From Kudoa neothunni (taxonomy: Eukaryota > Animalia > Cnidaria), in assembly GCA_964304625.1 (NCBI GenBank), contig OZ199839.1, forward strand, positions 7,475,979 through 7,539,978: a DNA stretch of 64,000 nt, given 5' to 3'. This document shows positions 45,360-59,019 of this stretch, piece by piece (the first letter of the stretch is position 1; each line of letters starts with the position of its first letter). The notes under the pieces were generated by a model. That model was not told the origin of the DNA. It saw only the letters and a list, made by a program, of their open reading frames with translations, and ran no database searches. The translations under genes were made by a program, and so were the position numbers.

Positions 45360-48300
45360 CTTATGTCTGTCAGTGTGTTTGTTAGCAGCGGCACTCATGT
45401 ACCATGGATAAACTTTTTTTAAACACAGCATTTAATTTGCGTTTGAATAGATAATGCCATTAATAAAAATCGTTCATTTACTTAGAACTATAAACATAAT
45501 CAATACTGCAGTCAAAAGTAAGGTATTTTCTGGTTGTTTACTCAAATAACAGATAAAAAAGTACCTTTTTATTATTTATTAGTTGTTTGCTTCAGAGTGA
45601 TACTCAATTAGAATGAACTTTTACTCGCGATATACTAGGACAATTCAATAATTTGGGTAGATAATGTTTCAAAAATGTTACATAAGCCTGTTTGGAATAT
45701 TTTTAAGACTGATAATGCCATATTTACAAGAAACGTAGCATTTCCCTTAAAATTATAGTCATAACCAAATTATTTGGATATATTTTCACTTTTAAAGTGA
45801 TATGGATGTAGTTGAGCGAAAACGATTATGCTCATTTTGAATAAAACACATAATTTGAGGTTATATGTTGTTGCCATCAATGAATAATTTGGTAGTTCTA
45901 TAAGCATTCGAAAAACGATGTAAGATGTGTATAGAGTTTTCAAATAATTGAGTTTTTGTGATTAATTCTTAAATAAAAATTTCTTTTTATCAAATATATC
46001 GATTGAGATTGAAAGTATATTCGTCTTTCGGTAAGTATTTACTCATTTTTTGGTTTTCCTAAACTTTCTTGCAAAACAACAGGCATAACTAATTCGATTT
46101 TTTTATATTTGATGAGATAACTTTTTAAATAATGTTTAAGTTCTTAGTAACCTAATTATTCCTTACCCCCAAAATTTAATTAAGGTTAATACTCAAATCT
46201 ATATATAATTTTTTGTTCGTTAAAAATAATTCATTTTGATATAAAAATTGCATGAAATTATGCGACACCGCATTCTATAGGTAGTTTAAGAATTAATATT
46301 CACGGCTACTTTTGCACAAAGTACAATCCCCTCTCAATCTCAATACGTGTCATGTAAGTAGTTAATGAGAAATGATTGGTCTATTCAATCTAACCAATAT
46401 TTTCACAAAGTTTTCGTTAATCTAAGAATAGTTCTATACAAAGAAATTATTTTGGGACAATCAAACAGTACGTTATTTTTGAAAGGGTGTATTCCTTCGA
46501 GAAAACCAGTAAATATTTTAGAATTACTGTAATTTTTCAAACCAAAAAAACCTTTACATTTTAGATTTAATCGTATTTTGTTAATTAAACTTGAATATTT
46601 TTGAACCAGTAGGTATTTTAAAAAAAACAGATATTGCGTTTATTAAAAAATCGGGAAATTTCTTTATAATAGTGAATACGTAAGTTACCACTCACGACTT
46701 TTTAAAACATCATTTATAAAATTTCAAAAAAAAGAAATAACAATTAATATTTTTATTTACGACGCATCTTAATTTTATTTTTTTATCGTTTGTAGACTAA
46801 TAATAAATTTTATAACTAGAAGGATTAATTTTTATCACAAAAATTAGAATAAAACTAAAAGTTCTATTCAAGTTATTTAATGATGATATTTAATAAATAA
46901 ATTTTAATTGTTAATTAAATTGCTCATAAAATTAAGTTTATTATATTCTTGGTCAATAATTTGTAAAATAAACTTAAAAATACTCAAGAATTTCACTCAA
47001 TACATCTATTTATATTTTAATGGAAAATGTGCGCATAATTTTGTCCTTCTAAATCATCACATTGCACAAATAATTACAAGCTTTAAAGTGCAACAATCAA
47101 AATTGAAAAATAAGATTTACAGGGTTGAACGTGCTACTTGGATTCAATCTTACGTAGAATTTCTTCATTCAAAAATAAAAGTAATAGTTAAAATTTTCCA
47201 TCACACAGTACGAGGCAAAGTTGGGCATTAGCGCTATTTACTTATAATCAACAAGGCTTTATTCTGCGTCAGGTTTTAGCCTACTTGGCTGGGCAAGGAA
47301 GCCCAAGCGAAAGGGGGCTTTTGCGTTAATTTCTAATAACACATATATTGAATCGAAACTTTGGTTCTATTAAAGACATTTATTTATATAAGAATTGTTC
47401 TGAATAATGATACCAGATGTTGCAGCATAGTTGAAATTGTCGGCAGATGCGAAAAGATAGTGTTATTTAGCTGAACTCGCTTTATCACTGAAAAAAATAT
47501 GATAGATCATCTTTTAACGCCAAGAGAATATTTATAAACTTCTTCGATGTTGCCATTTAAAAAATTCCATTCAATAACTATGGTTCTGCAAAAAGATGAT
47601 TTTTCTATAACGGACGCAAGATATTTGTTCAGTGAAGTTATTGAAAAATATCCAGTATTGTATGAACTTCTGTGTGACAGTAATAATATATATTCGAAGA
47701 ATTTTGAAAACGGCTCTTTAAAAATTCAAGAGGATAAAATTGATGAATTAACTTCTGAAGGGAAACATGCTGTGTTCAATCTAAAATTGTCCGCATAAAT
47801 TTCAATAGAAGAAACCGATACTTTTATTAAATCCAATTTTTTCGCTGTCAAAGTCTCAAGATAAGAAAATTGGAAAAACAATTGAAATTCTTTATTATAT
47901 GGACACGATTTATTCTATCATTCTCTAATCTGGTTGGAAGGTTATTAAGCTACGCTGGCTGGCTATACCTTTGATGATCTCCGCCAAAATTATTCCCATA
48001 TAAATCTAGAAACGCAAATACTTCTAGAAGAAAAAAAAGATTATGTATCAATAAAATTGTGTAGAAGGTTTTTTCAACAAATTTACGATTTATAGTTAAT
48101 TCCTCATTATTTCATCGTTCCGTTGTATTTAATTTATGCAATCTATTACGTGTCAAAATTTATTATTTATATTGGCTTTTTTATTCCTTATTTAAAAAAT
48201 AAACACAAAATGATGGACATAAAAAACATTTGTTTAACTTTTTTTATGTTACAACGGATTATGACGTTCCAAGGAACGTTAAGGCGGGCTCAGCATAACA

Positions 48301-51300
48301 TGGTTCAAATTTTAGATGCTTTCTATAAAGGTAAGTTTCGTTAATAAAATATTGAACGTCATCTATGAGATTCCAAATATTATTATTTGGAAGTTATATT
48401 CACTAATTAAATTTTCCAACTTAAAGTTTATATTAATGTTTGAAAACATGATAAATTTCTAGATACTTTTATTTGCAACCGAAATGACTAATGGGAAATT
48501 ATTATGCCGAGATAAATAAATGATCTCCAATGATGTTGGATTATCGTCAATAGTTTTCTAATAATTTCAATTAATTTTAATTACAAGTAATTGAAATTAT
48601 TGATTTTGAAAATCTGCAATTAAAATTAATTGATTGTACATTTAATAATTGATTTTTAGGATAAAAATTAATTTTTGACCACCCCTGCATGCGTGTATGT
48701 ACAAAGTATTTTTATAGAGTGCGAATGTTTATATTTGAAATTCCTATAATTTCGTTTCAAAAACTTGTCAATCCAATAAGCTATAGTCTAGTTATTAAAA
48801 GTGCTTCTTGTTATTTTTATTATTGAAAATTGGAAACCTAAATGTGATGCCATCAACGACCCATGTAAATAATCATTTCAATAAATATTTTCCATTTTAT
48901 ATCGTTTTCTAGGAGTGAATGGGTTAAACAACTAAAAAATATCTGATAGATAAAATGGTATAAGCGTTATATATTAGAAGAGTCACTGAGAATTAGAAAA
49001 CAATTTAATAAATCGAATACACTAATACTTTTTTTTGTACAAAAACTAATTATAATTCGTAACGTTTTAAATAACTAAGAAGAATAATATTTGCAGAAAT
49101 AGGCTGTGTTCTTAAAAACATGAAATCTTATAGAAATCGCATGTGATTGTTGTTTTTTTACTGTTATCTTGATCACACCAGACACATCCTTTCCTATTAT
49201 ATTTTCGAGCAGAATGTCGAGGATTTTTGAAATCTACTTGTTTGGGTATTTCTTTGTTCCTTCATGTCAAATACTCGTATTATTCAAGAGAAACTTATTT
49301 CAAAAATGGTCTTCCTTTTATACATTATTTCAAGTTCAAAATGCAACCGGCATACGCAAAACATTATTAAGTCTGATCAAAATGTATCAATTAAATAAAA
49401 AGTATGTAAATATTAATTTTGCATTTCTTACATATTTGGCCATTCCGCTAAGTAGGACATCTCATGAATGGAATAATTTTGATGTTGGACTATTGTTGTT
49501 TCATTCGAACTGTTCAAGATGGCTTCCATTAATTTATTTGAATTTGAGGGTATTTTTCTACGGGCGGTTTATTTTATTTGATTAAAAAAATTCTTCGATG
49601 AGCTTAAGAAATAGTGAATATGGGTGCAAAAGAAAAAGTTTGTGGCCACTTGAATCTATCTTTTGCCGAATAAGGCCGGTTTATGAAACCATACATTTTC
49701 CTTAATTAACAAAGCGCATTGAATTCCACCATTAGTTGAATCATTAAAAAGTTTTTCTATGGAAATATAGAAAGTTTGCTGATTCGTTATACCACTTTCC
49801 AGCTTAAACATCCAAACATTTTTAGAACTAATAACGGTTACCAATGTGATATTTTGGGAGCGAATATTTCTTGCTTGCCGGTTCGCTCTTGAATCTAATG
49901 TGCTCCACAAAATCTTTTCATAGGGAGTGATAAACCAGACTTATCTATGTAAATTACAGGGAACTGGGGTATTTTACATTACGGATATTCTAGAACACAG
50001 GTTCTCAACTGGTAGTAAATTTCAAATGACAGGGGATAAATTAAGTGACATTAAAATTTGGTGGGGACAATTTTCGCATAATACAATTTGTGAATTACTT
50101 AAGGGTGTATAAGGAATAATATTATTTAGGGAAATTAAGCTCAATAAGAAGTTGCCAAAAATGCTTAAAATATTTTTAGGAATGATTATTTAACAACTAT
50201 TTATAAAGATCCTATCAATCTCTTTCTTGTATGCCTCGTTTGTTTTGTAGATATATAGCTTAATAATAACAATAATTCTTAAAATGACAATTTGTATAGT
50301 AAATAATATTCAGGCGTCACTAATTTTGATTATTTATCGTCTCAAAGAGTGAAGGAGTGAGTCGCGAATAATTAAATTTGATGGAATCTAAAAGATTCAA
50401 TCTTTAGTCAGCTTGTTAGTGAAAGTTTCTGCGATTAAAAATTGTCATTACGTGGGCGTACATACCTTTTAGGATAAGAGTTTACCGTGCAATTACCCTC
50501 TGCCTTATCTAAACCAGTATAAAATCTTATATTAGATATGAATTTTGCTTCCAAGTTAAGAGGATAAATTTGAAAAAACCATTGAGAACCCCTGTTCTAA
50601 AACATAACAATATTACAATATATCCTGTTGATTAATAAAAAACATTCTTTTTGTGTTTTGATATGCAATTCAGAGAATTTCTTATAATCGGTGAAATTAT
50701 TATTTTTTGAGAATGTAATGGACCTGGATCAAACAGTTAGCAATAGTCTATCAAAAAAGCTGACATTATGTTCTTCTTATAATTCCTTGGCGATCGAATC
50801 AAAGATAATTATACAGTCTCCATTCACTAAGCGTTGGTTATATAATTTATTGACGGTTTCCAATTTCAACCTTCAGCCCCTATTCTTAATAATTCCTTTT
50901 TTAATGGCCTCGTCATCATCCTCGAATTTGTTTGGACCGTGAAATCGTTGATTCGGAAGGTCCCTATAGTTTTGGTTATTGGGCCATAAGTAAAATTTTT
51001 CTTAATATTTCTTAGAGTAGTTTAACCAACGATATGTATTTTGAATTATCTAATGAAAATTTTATAGTTCTTTCATCTAAAGAAACATATTTTCTTTTAA
51101 TGATGTTAAGCTGCGATAAATTATGTCTCGATATTACTCCATTTTTATTAGATATTGTTGAATTTAGGTCTTGAAAAAGTGTTTAATTGAATTGCATTGA
51201 TTTGTGTTAACGAATACTTTATTAAGTCAAAATAAAAAGAGTTTGTTAGTTTAATCTGACTACAATTATCGAAAAAAATTTAAAATATATTATTCTCCAA

Positions 51301-51717
51301 CGATGTTAAAATGATCGGTCGACCTTTTTTGTAGAAATTGTAAAATCTTTTTAATCCCTTTAATTATTTAGGATGAACGAGAAATAATTGATATTTGTTC
51401 CAACATTTTAACAATTTATGCATCGTATTTAAAGATTCCTTTAAGGGTGAACATTTTAAAATGTTTTATCAATGCCATATTTTCCATTTGTTTGGAAATT
51501 ATCACGGCAGTATTGTATTATATAATTTCCTGTAATCACCGTTACGTTATTTGGTAAAGTCTTGTTGGCTATTAAATTTAATTAATTAGTTAATTTTCCA
51601 AACAAAATATGTCGAGAAAAATGCATAAAAAAATATCAGTCACATAATTAAATATTATCGAAATATTTTTAGCCCTAATATATTATTTGTATTTAAACTG
51701 TTTGATAAATATATTGG

Positions 51718-51754
<37 letters not shown>

Positions 51755-53063
51755 TTTAAACTGAATTATAGAAAAATTTTATTGTCATGAAAAATTGTGT
51801 AAAACCGGTCACTGGCAGAATATATAAAGATTATTAGTTACCGTGAGATTTCCCAACATGAGATCGAATATTTTTGATTCTGGATTAATTATTCTACAAT
51901 CATCGGGATTTTCGCAATTTCCATTAAGTCTGAAAAAATCACTGAATAATTCGAAACATTGAGCCATATCAAAGTTTCCCATTATTTTAAACTGAACATT
52001 CAATGTTTCGTTAGCGTAGAACGAAGGATCGCAAGGTTCGAAGTTGGACATTTTTCGGCTGTAAGTATGAATATATGATTTTGGGTAGCATGGGCTAACA
52101 AGGTTCCCACCTTTCGGTGTATTCTACGTAAGACAGCGGTTTTTGATATGAAAATATAATCAACACAAAATACCTTTATAATATAGTTGTTGAGCAGTAT
52201 TTCAAAATACTCAGGACCAGCACAATCCATGTAAATTGTATAAATTTGATTTTTACTTTCCAATCGTGCATATTTGGATACGAATGCTTGGAGTGCTTGA
52301 TGGTTGACAGCATCAAAATGGAAAGCCAATACAATTCCATACGTTGAAATATCAATAAGATTATCACTTTCATTGATCTTTTGTTGTGAAATTAATAGGG
52401 GATATTTTAGAATCGGCAATTAATACCAGTGTGACGTTGGATGCCATTTTGTAATAGGCCCAACCTTGATCAACACCATTAACATTCAAAATATGTGTAT
52501 GATTCTGTAATGTGTTATATGAACTAATTTGTTCTTGTAGTATTTGAAGCAATAAATCATGTTTCACAGGGTTGTAAACTCTAGAATGTATATTATCACA
52601 AAATTTCAATTCCAACGTTAACTATACTTGAGCAATCGAAATTCATCCGTAGTGATGATATATACTACGTAAGACTCATTATTTTTGACATTAATAAGAA
52701 TTAATTCATTCATTTTGTCATATATTTCTTTAACAGCAGTGTTGAGTTCGTCATTGGTAACGATGAAAATTCTATCTAGCCCTGAATCATGTTTATATAT
52801 TGAAGGTTCCAAAACATTTGTGAATTACAACGTGCGAGGGTCACGGGTGTTAAGTCAGATGCACTATATTTTACGAATATTTTATTCGTAAAACTTAATA
52901 CAATTTCAAATTCAATCTAAAATACGTTATTAACAACATTTTGAAATAACACATTTGATACACTCGGATTCTGACCTTCCATAATATCACAGAATATATA
53001 TTGTAGCCATATAACTAATGTGGCAAAAAGTGGGAACGTTTTCCGCTTCGAGCTCATATTCAT
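42889..53063 (-). CDS. GDA1/CD39 (E-NTPDase)-fold type-I membrane protein, paralogue B
   Basis: 5' exons (53063-51842) are nearly identical to paralogue A. An 8.4-kb TE-filled intron follows. The 3' exons (43409-42889) encode IQVRLNITSKEVQ..ECFHFLYLTYFLQKARL..GIPWT..IGMIIGIILGLVLLILTSVLAYYLV..EAGR*, with the same intron positions as A. Confidence 0.65.
43611..45116 (+). mobile_element. Tc1/IS630 element with TIRs, inactivated
   Basis: ~45-bp imperfect TIRs flanked by TA; HTH (ISENLSLNYKTVW..KRGGNRKSKLT), FIDE, ILDNARI, SPFLNPVENIFSVWK. Confidence 0.88.
45258..48687 (+). mobile_element. hAT element, internally deleted, carrying a Helitron-like insertion
   Basis: TIRs CAGGGGTGATCAAAAATTAATT / AATTAATTTTTGACCACCCCTG; 8-bp TSD-like TGTGCGTG/CATGCGTG; transposase C-terminal remnant at ~47340-48050 (ITMVLQKDDFSITDARYLF). 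Confidence 0.75.
45319..47329 (+). mobile_element. Non-autonomous Helitron-like element, copy 2
   Basis: Inserted between A and T; TC start followed by (TA)n; 3' hairpin AAGCCC..GGGCTT then TTAA (degenerate CTAG); core nearly identical to copy 1. Confidence 0.6.
49560..51170 (-). mobile_element. Tc1/IS630 transposase remnant split by a hAT MITE
   Basis: RSQNITLVTVIS..LIKENVWFHK and HPYSLFL motifs; fragments lie on both sides of 49996-50594. Confidence 0.65.
49996..50594. mobile_element. hAT (Charlie-like) MITE
   Basis: TIRs CACAGGTTCTCAA / TTGAGAACCCCTG; 8-bp TSD TTCTAGAA/TTCTAAAA. Confidence 0.75.
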
Positions 53064-55184
53064 TTGGGTCAAATTAGCAGGTAATAAATCAATTGAATTA
53101 TTCGAATTAATACACTCAGATTATGATTAACAGTGGGGCTATAATCGAATAAAGTGGGTTTATTCTTTCTTATAATTTTTTATGCAACTAAAAATCTCGA
53201 TATATATCGCGTGATTTAATACTTTTTTGTTCTTAAATTAAAAGTATTAATTATTTTATTTTATAATTTTAGTCAATTCACTATATTACCAACAAATCTA
53301 ATAATCCAAATAATTAGAACTTATCCTAGGAACTACTCTATACACCCATCTAATTCTTCTCGTGTTAAATCTGGAAAACTTCCACAATGCTTATAGATCT
53401 GTAATAACAGGTGGATCGATGAAAAGTTATTTGAAATTCCTCATAATCTCTTCCTGTTATCATTAGCTGATTTAGCACACGCATCATGCTTCAAATGATG
53501 ACCATTCAAATTGCTTCACTTAATTTATTAATTGTCGCAGGATAAATTAATCGAAACTACACCTGGTTACTAGAACTTCTAGTTAAAGTAAGAAATTTTC
53601 GATAAACCCCAATTCGCCTATATTTAATCCGTCATCAATGCATCAATTTTTTATTTTGTTGTTATTGTTAATAAGTACCGAGCGAATATTCCTTAGGGAA
53701 TTTTTTAAGAGAACGGAAACATTTGAAATAAATAGTTATTTAATAGAGTATGGAAATCTATAAACTATTAATCAATTTCATAGAAGTAGTTCAGTAGAAT
53801 TTTAAACTCATATAAAAACGGAATATCTTATTGGTATCATTTTAATAGACTGAATTCTGCAATTTCATTTAATCAAAATTAATACTTTCTGAATGTATCA
53901 ACTAAAATTGAAGTCAGAATTTTTTAAATAAGAATCTTTGATGAAATTGTTTTTCAAATGAATGAGAGAATTATTTGATACTTACAATTTCTACCTGGCA
54001 TTAACATTAGTTAATATTAGGTTATTAATATAAATTGCTACGAATAACTCGGAAATTTAAAGATTGGGGGTTATTAGAAACTTGTAACGATTAATTTTTG
54101 CTTAGAGATAATAATTAATCGGTTAAATCATGTAAAACCACCCTCTATTTATTGAATTTATGTTGTAGTTCATAAATTAGATACAAAACAATAATTATAT
54201 ATTTTTGGGAAACTTAGAACAATAATATATTCCAATTATTTGATTATAAAATTAAAAACGAAATAACTATTTCACATTTATGTGATAATCGGATCGCTCT
54301 CAGGCTGTACATTGTAACCTCCGGGTTTGAGCATCATGCTTCTTAGAAATGTGTTCGAACTCCGAATAATTTGTTCACCTGTAAAATAATGAAAATTAAT
54401 TTGATCTGTTACCGCGCATCAAATAAATGACAATTTTTATTGTTATTTATGAAAACATGCATATCGTGTATTTATAAAATTTAAAAAATAAATATTAAAT
54501 ATAATACTAATGAAAACGAAAATGAAAATGAAATAAAGGAAAAATAATTTTTGGTTGGCACACGATAGATAATAAAGGATTCTCTTTCAATGACGTTCGC
54601 ACAATTTGATTGAGCTACTCTTCTTCTAGAATTTCTTTTCATGCATGCTCTTGCTCCAATTGGATTTGTTCTCAATACATTCTCTATATGTGTTCGAATT
54701 GGAAAGTGTTCCTGGCACAAAATTTCTGGTCGAATTCCGAGGTTGCACAGTATTTCTAAACCAATTAATATCTCTAAAATTAACCCATATAATTTACTGA
54801 AAATTTGTATATTATAGTAATCTATATGGATCAATTGATTTGTAAATTTTCAAACATATACATATATATATATATATATATATGCTCATAATATAAAGAA
54901 TGTAACTGAATGAAAAAGGGGGTTTTAAAGTTGAAACCAGATTAACTACAAAATAAATTTATTTATAAATGTATTACAAAGTTTTAAAAAGCATTACGAC
55001 AATTTTTCGTGATTTTGTGTGCGTTACTCATAAATTTGTGCGCTAGAGTGGCGAATCAGAATTTATTCAACGTCGTTATCAAGTTAAATGCTTTCAGTGA
55101 ATTAGAGAGTGTTGTGAAGATTTATGAGAAGATATCGTATTGTAACTTGTAAAAATGCCTAGCAAGAACCCTCTTAAATATTAA

Positions 55185-57650
55185 CCCTCTCGTCCCGGAT
55201 GAAGCCACATGGCGTCATTGGATTGATGTCGGAATATCTATTCGATTTTTGTATGTATAGTTTAAATCTATCGTGTATAAAAGTATAACACATCCTTTAT
55301 TAAATAAATAAAAAAATTTATATTAATCTGTTGTTTATTTATTATAAAATAGGGAACAAATTTCGTGAGCGGCGTTAACAAATAATGGATTATTATATCA
55401 ATATTTACGGAAATAATTAATGTATATTTTTTATTTAAAAAATCTAATCATTTATTATTAAGAAATTAATTTTAAAAATTGGATTAAATATTAAAAATAA
55501 TGATGTGTAGCGAGTGCGGGAGAAGGAACAACGAATGATGCCATTGCCATATTTTCAAATTTACTCCTTCGACCTGGTGAAAAATCTAAAATTACCCCCT
55601 TAACATGGAAACCAAATTCTAATCTTAAATGGCATGCATGTACGCTTCTGCAACGACAATTTTTAATTCCATCAACCCTTACTCATCACATCACAAGCTG
55701 TATATAGATTTAATGTTTTATAATTTGCTACATTAAATTATTTCTTGTCCACTCATTCGCATTTAGGATCTAGAAATAATTAAAATAATCAAAACTAACG
55801 ACACTTGAATATTATTCCCTATAAAAACAGTTATTCTAAATATTATTATTAGGGTACATTACTAAAAAATAAACAAGGCATAAAAGAAAGAGATTGGTAA
55901 TAGTTTTATATATATAAACTATTAAATATTTATTCCTAAAAATGGTTTAAAGAATTTTTGCCTAATTCTTATTGATTCTAATAACCCCGAATAATATAAT
56001 TACTAAGAAATCTCGAAGTACATCACAAACTCATAATGAAAAAATTCTCCCTATCTAATTTTGAATTTACTTAATTTGCCCCCGGCTGAGAATCCCAGCC
56101 ATATGGCATCATTCGGAGCGCATACGATATCTGATGAATATTAGTGATGGACGCAAATGTTGTCGTGAAAATAACAAAATCAGGTAGAGTAGTGAAACAA
56201 TTGGTGTTGCTTCCAGACCCTGAGAAGTCTGATGCCGAAAACCAATCTGATAATGATGAAAACAATATTTCTTCATGTGACTGCTCCTTGTCTGAAAACG
56301 AAAGTGACTCAGAAGAGACTGTCTCAGAGACAAGATGGATTTTTAATAAGTTCATCGAAATGTCACAATTAAGTGAATCTGAATTATCGTTTAAAGATAT
56401 TGACAATATCATTATGGATCCATATTCTTATTTTAATTGGTTCTTTACTGATGAACTATTTGAGTTGATAACTGATGAAACAAATAAATATTCTTCAGTT
56501 TTGTATTTAACATTTAAAACAACGGTAGAAGGACTTCTTTTGCTTGTGGGGATTTTCATCCGTATGTCAATTGTAAAATTGTCAAGTTACAAAAACTAGA
56601 GGTCTAAAACGTTGAGCTACAATGCTATTATATCTGAGCGAATGACCAGAGATAGGTTTGGGCTACTATTATGATATCTTCCTTCTTGTGATAACAACAG
56701 CCCAGTACCATCACCGGACCATTCTGGATACGACCGATTTTATAAAATAAAGCCTATCCTGAATATAACAAGAAGAGCAGATGATGCCATTCAAAGGTAA
56801 ATCAAATTTAATACGTTACCTTCCATCAAAAGCTACGAAATGGGGTTTCAAAATTTACACAAAAAATGGCGCAGGTGGAGTAATCCATGATTTCTTTATT
56901 GATGGTGAGCCTGCAATTACTCCCCAAACAAGCACTGGAAGCTAATCACCTGATATCGTGATTGTAGTAATCCCCCAATCAACCGAGGCTGGGCTCCGCG
57001 CTAGCCCACTACATTACTGGGCGGAAATCCCCTAGACAATAACAATCAGGGTGATCACCATAGTTTCGTTTACTATAATAACTTAGCTGTACTATTCTTT
57101 AAAATTGATTGTTTCCTCGCGCAAATACAACAGTGATGAAGCTTTGCGAGACTCTACTCGACAAAACTTATCATGTATATTATGATAATTATTTCTCAAA
57201 TTTTAGTCTACATGATAAATTGTTAACCCGCGGTTATTTCTCAACCTCCACCATCAGAAAAAATCGCATAGATAAATGCCCCCTTCAAGGATGACAAACA
57301 TATGGAAAAGTTAGAGCGAGGAAGTTTCAAGTTTGGGATCTACCGTTTGGATGGGACCAAAATTAACGTTTTAAGATGACTTGAAGGGTCTATGGTTAAC
57401 ATATCGTCAACCTATTACTCTTCGTTTCCTCTATACCCAGATTCGACAAAAAAGCAATGAAGGTGATAACAATAATCTACCCCAACATGTTCAAAATGTA
57501 CAACAGACACATGGGTGGTGTTGATTTATTTGACATGCTAACGGCTTTGTATCGTTTGGACCACAGATCATAAGAATAGTATAACCGAATATTTTTTTGA
57601 TGTTTAAAGCCTTCTCTACCGAAGGCAATGTAACTTGTTTGGGGCAAAAA
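55185..57650 (+). mobile_element. piggyBac element, decayed
   Basis: TTAA|CCC terminus at 55181; FFTDELFELITDETNKY, KWGFKI, YYDNYFS, STIRKNR, YNRHMGGVDLFD. Confidence 0.85.
56963..57132. mobile_element. Solo LTR (170 bp) inserted in piggyBac transposase
   Basis: TGTAGTA..TACAACA termini with a perfect 5-bp TSD GTGAT (56958-56962, 57133-57137); excision restores DIVMKLCET. Confidence 0.8.
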
Positions 57651-58339
57651 ATAAACAAATGATGGATTTACAAGAGTCTTGCATCTAAGTAAGTGAAGAT
57701 TGAGCCGGCTAAAACTTGCCAGCGTAAGCGCAATGACACAATTGACAAACCAAGTTATGGCGGGAAAGGAAAATTTCAATAATAAGTACGTTCTATTGAA
57801 AACACAATGCGGAAGCGATAAAATTGATAGCATCGAGAAAAGAGACTATCACGACCATACAGTATCTGATAAAGAAATAAATAAAAAGATTTTCCGCTGT
57901 CCCCTAAAATTACTGGCTGAAAATAGTCCATATCCAACCTCAAAAATTTATTCGATAAAAACTATATCAAACAGAATAAGTGAAATACCCATAATGCCCC
58001 CCAAAAAATATTTAAAAAAACATTTAGAACGCTCGAAAGCGAAATCATGTTATTGTGGACTTGGAAATCGATATAAGCAAACAAAACATTGTTACACATA
58101 GGCAAGAACAGTTTTGTTTGTATGATTCTGGATCTAAGTCGACCAATAGAATTATAACATTCACAACAGATAATAACATAACATAATGCACCTGAATAAT
58201 TGCTAACCATGGATATCTGATGACACATTTAATGCGGGCCCTAATGAATTTTACTAAATATACATAATCCACGGTAAACTATTTGGTAGATTTTTGTCTT
58301 AATGGCTGCTAAATCCCAAGAGAGTTATTGAAAGGGTTT

Positions 58340-58920
58340 TATTGACATTAAAAACAAGGCTAACATTCAATTTTCCAATAGCATTATAATTGATTTCGAA
58401 CGTCCCACTTTCAATGCTTTTAAAAAAGCATCAAAATATTCCAACATATTTCATTGTTTGTTTCATTTTGGCCAATGCATAATATGGAGGAAAATCCAAA
58501 ATTTATGTTTGAACACCAGATATTATGATGACTCTGACTTTCGCTTGTTTATCTAGTGTTTTACATTGTTAGTCTTTTTACCGCCCTATAAAATAAAACA
58601 CGAATTTGAAAAATTAAAGCAAAAATCCCCAACTCTTGAGAAAAATGAATTATCTTCATTGGTTACCTATTTCGAAAAAATTTTATTAAAAATGTACCAT
58701 GGAATTAATCTAACAACTAATGCTACCGAGACTTTTCATCCTCGTTTTTGCGGCCTTATTGAACAAGATGTTAATTTTCTGATGTGCAATCCTTCTCTAT
58801 CGGGAAATATAAAGAAAGCGGAGAAGTTTACCAAAAACTAAAGGAAATAGCGTCAAATTATCATCGATATTATGGATTGTTCAATCTAGAGAGTATAGCC
58901 AAAGCGTATAATTGGAAATT
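58340..58920 (+). mobile_element. MULE transposase remnant
   Basis: IIIDFERPTFNAF..HCLFHFGQCI..WRKIQ; TTNATETFH. Confidence 0.8.
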
Positions 58921-59019
58921 AATTTAGTTTTATTTATTATATTATTATGTAGTTGGATTTTTTGTCGTTTCATAATTACAGAGAATATTAATTATAAATA
59001 ATAGTTTTTTCACACGAGC

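Noticed and set aside
54481-54834. 117-aa ORF
   Set aside because: No clear motif or splice structure; possibly a transposase N-terminal remnant, but unsupported
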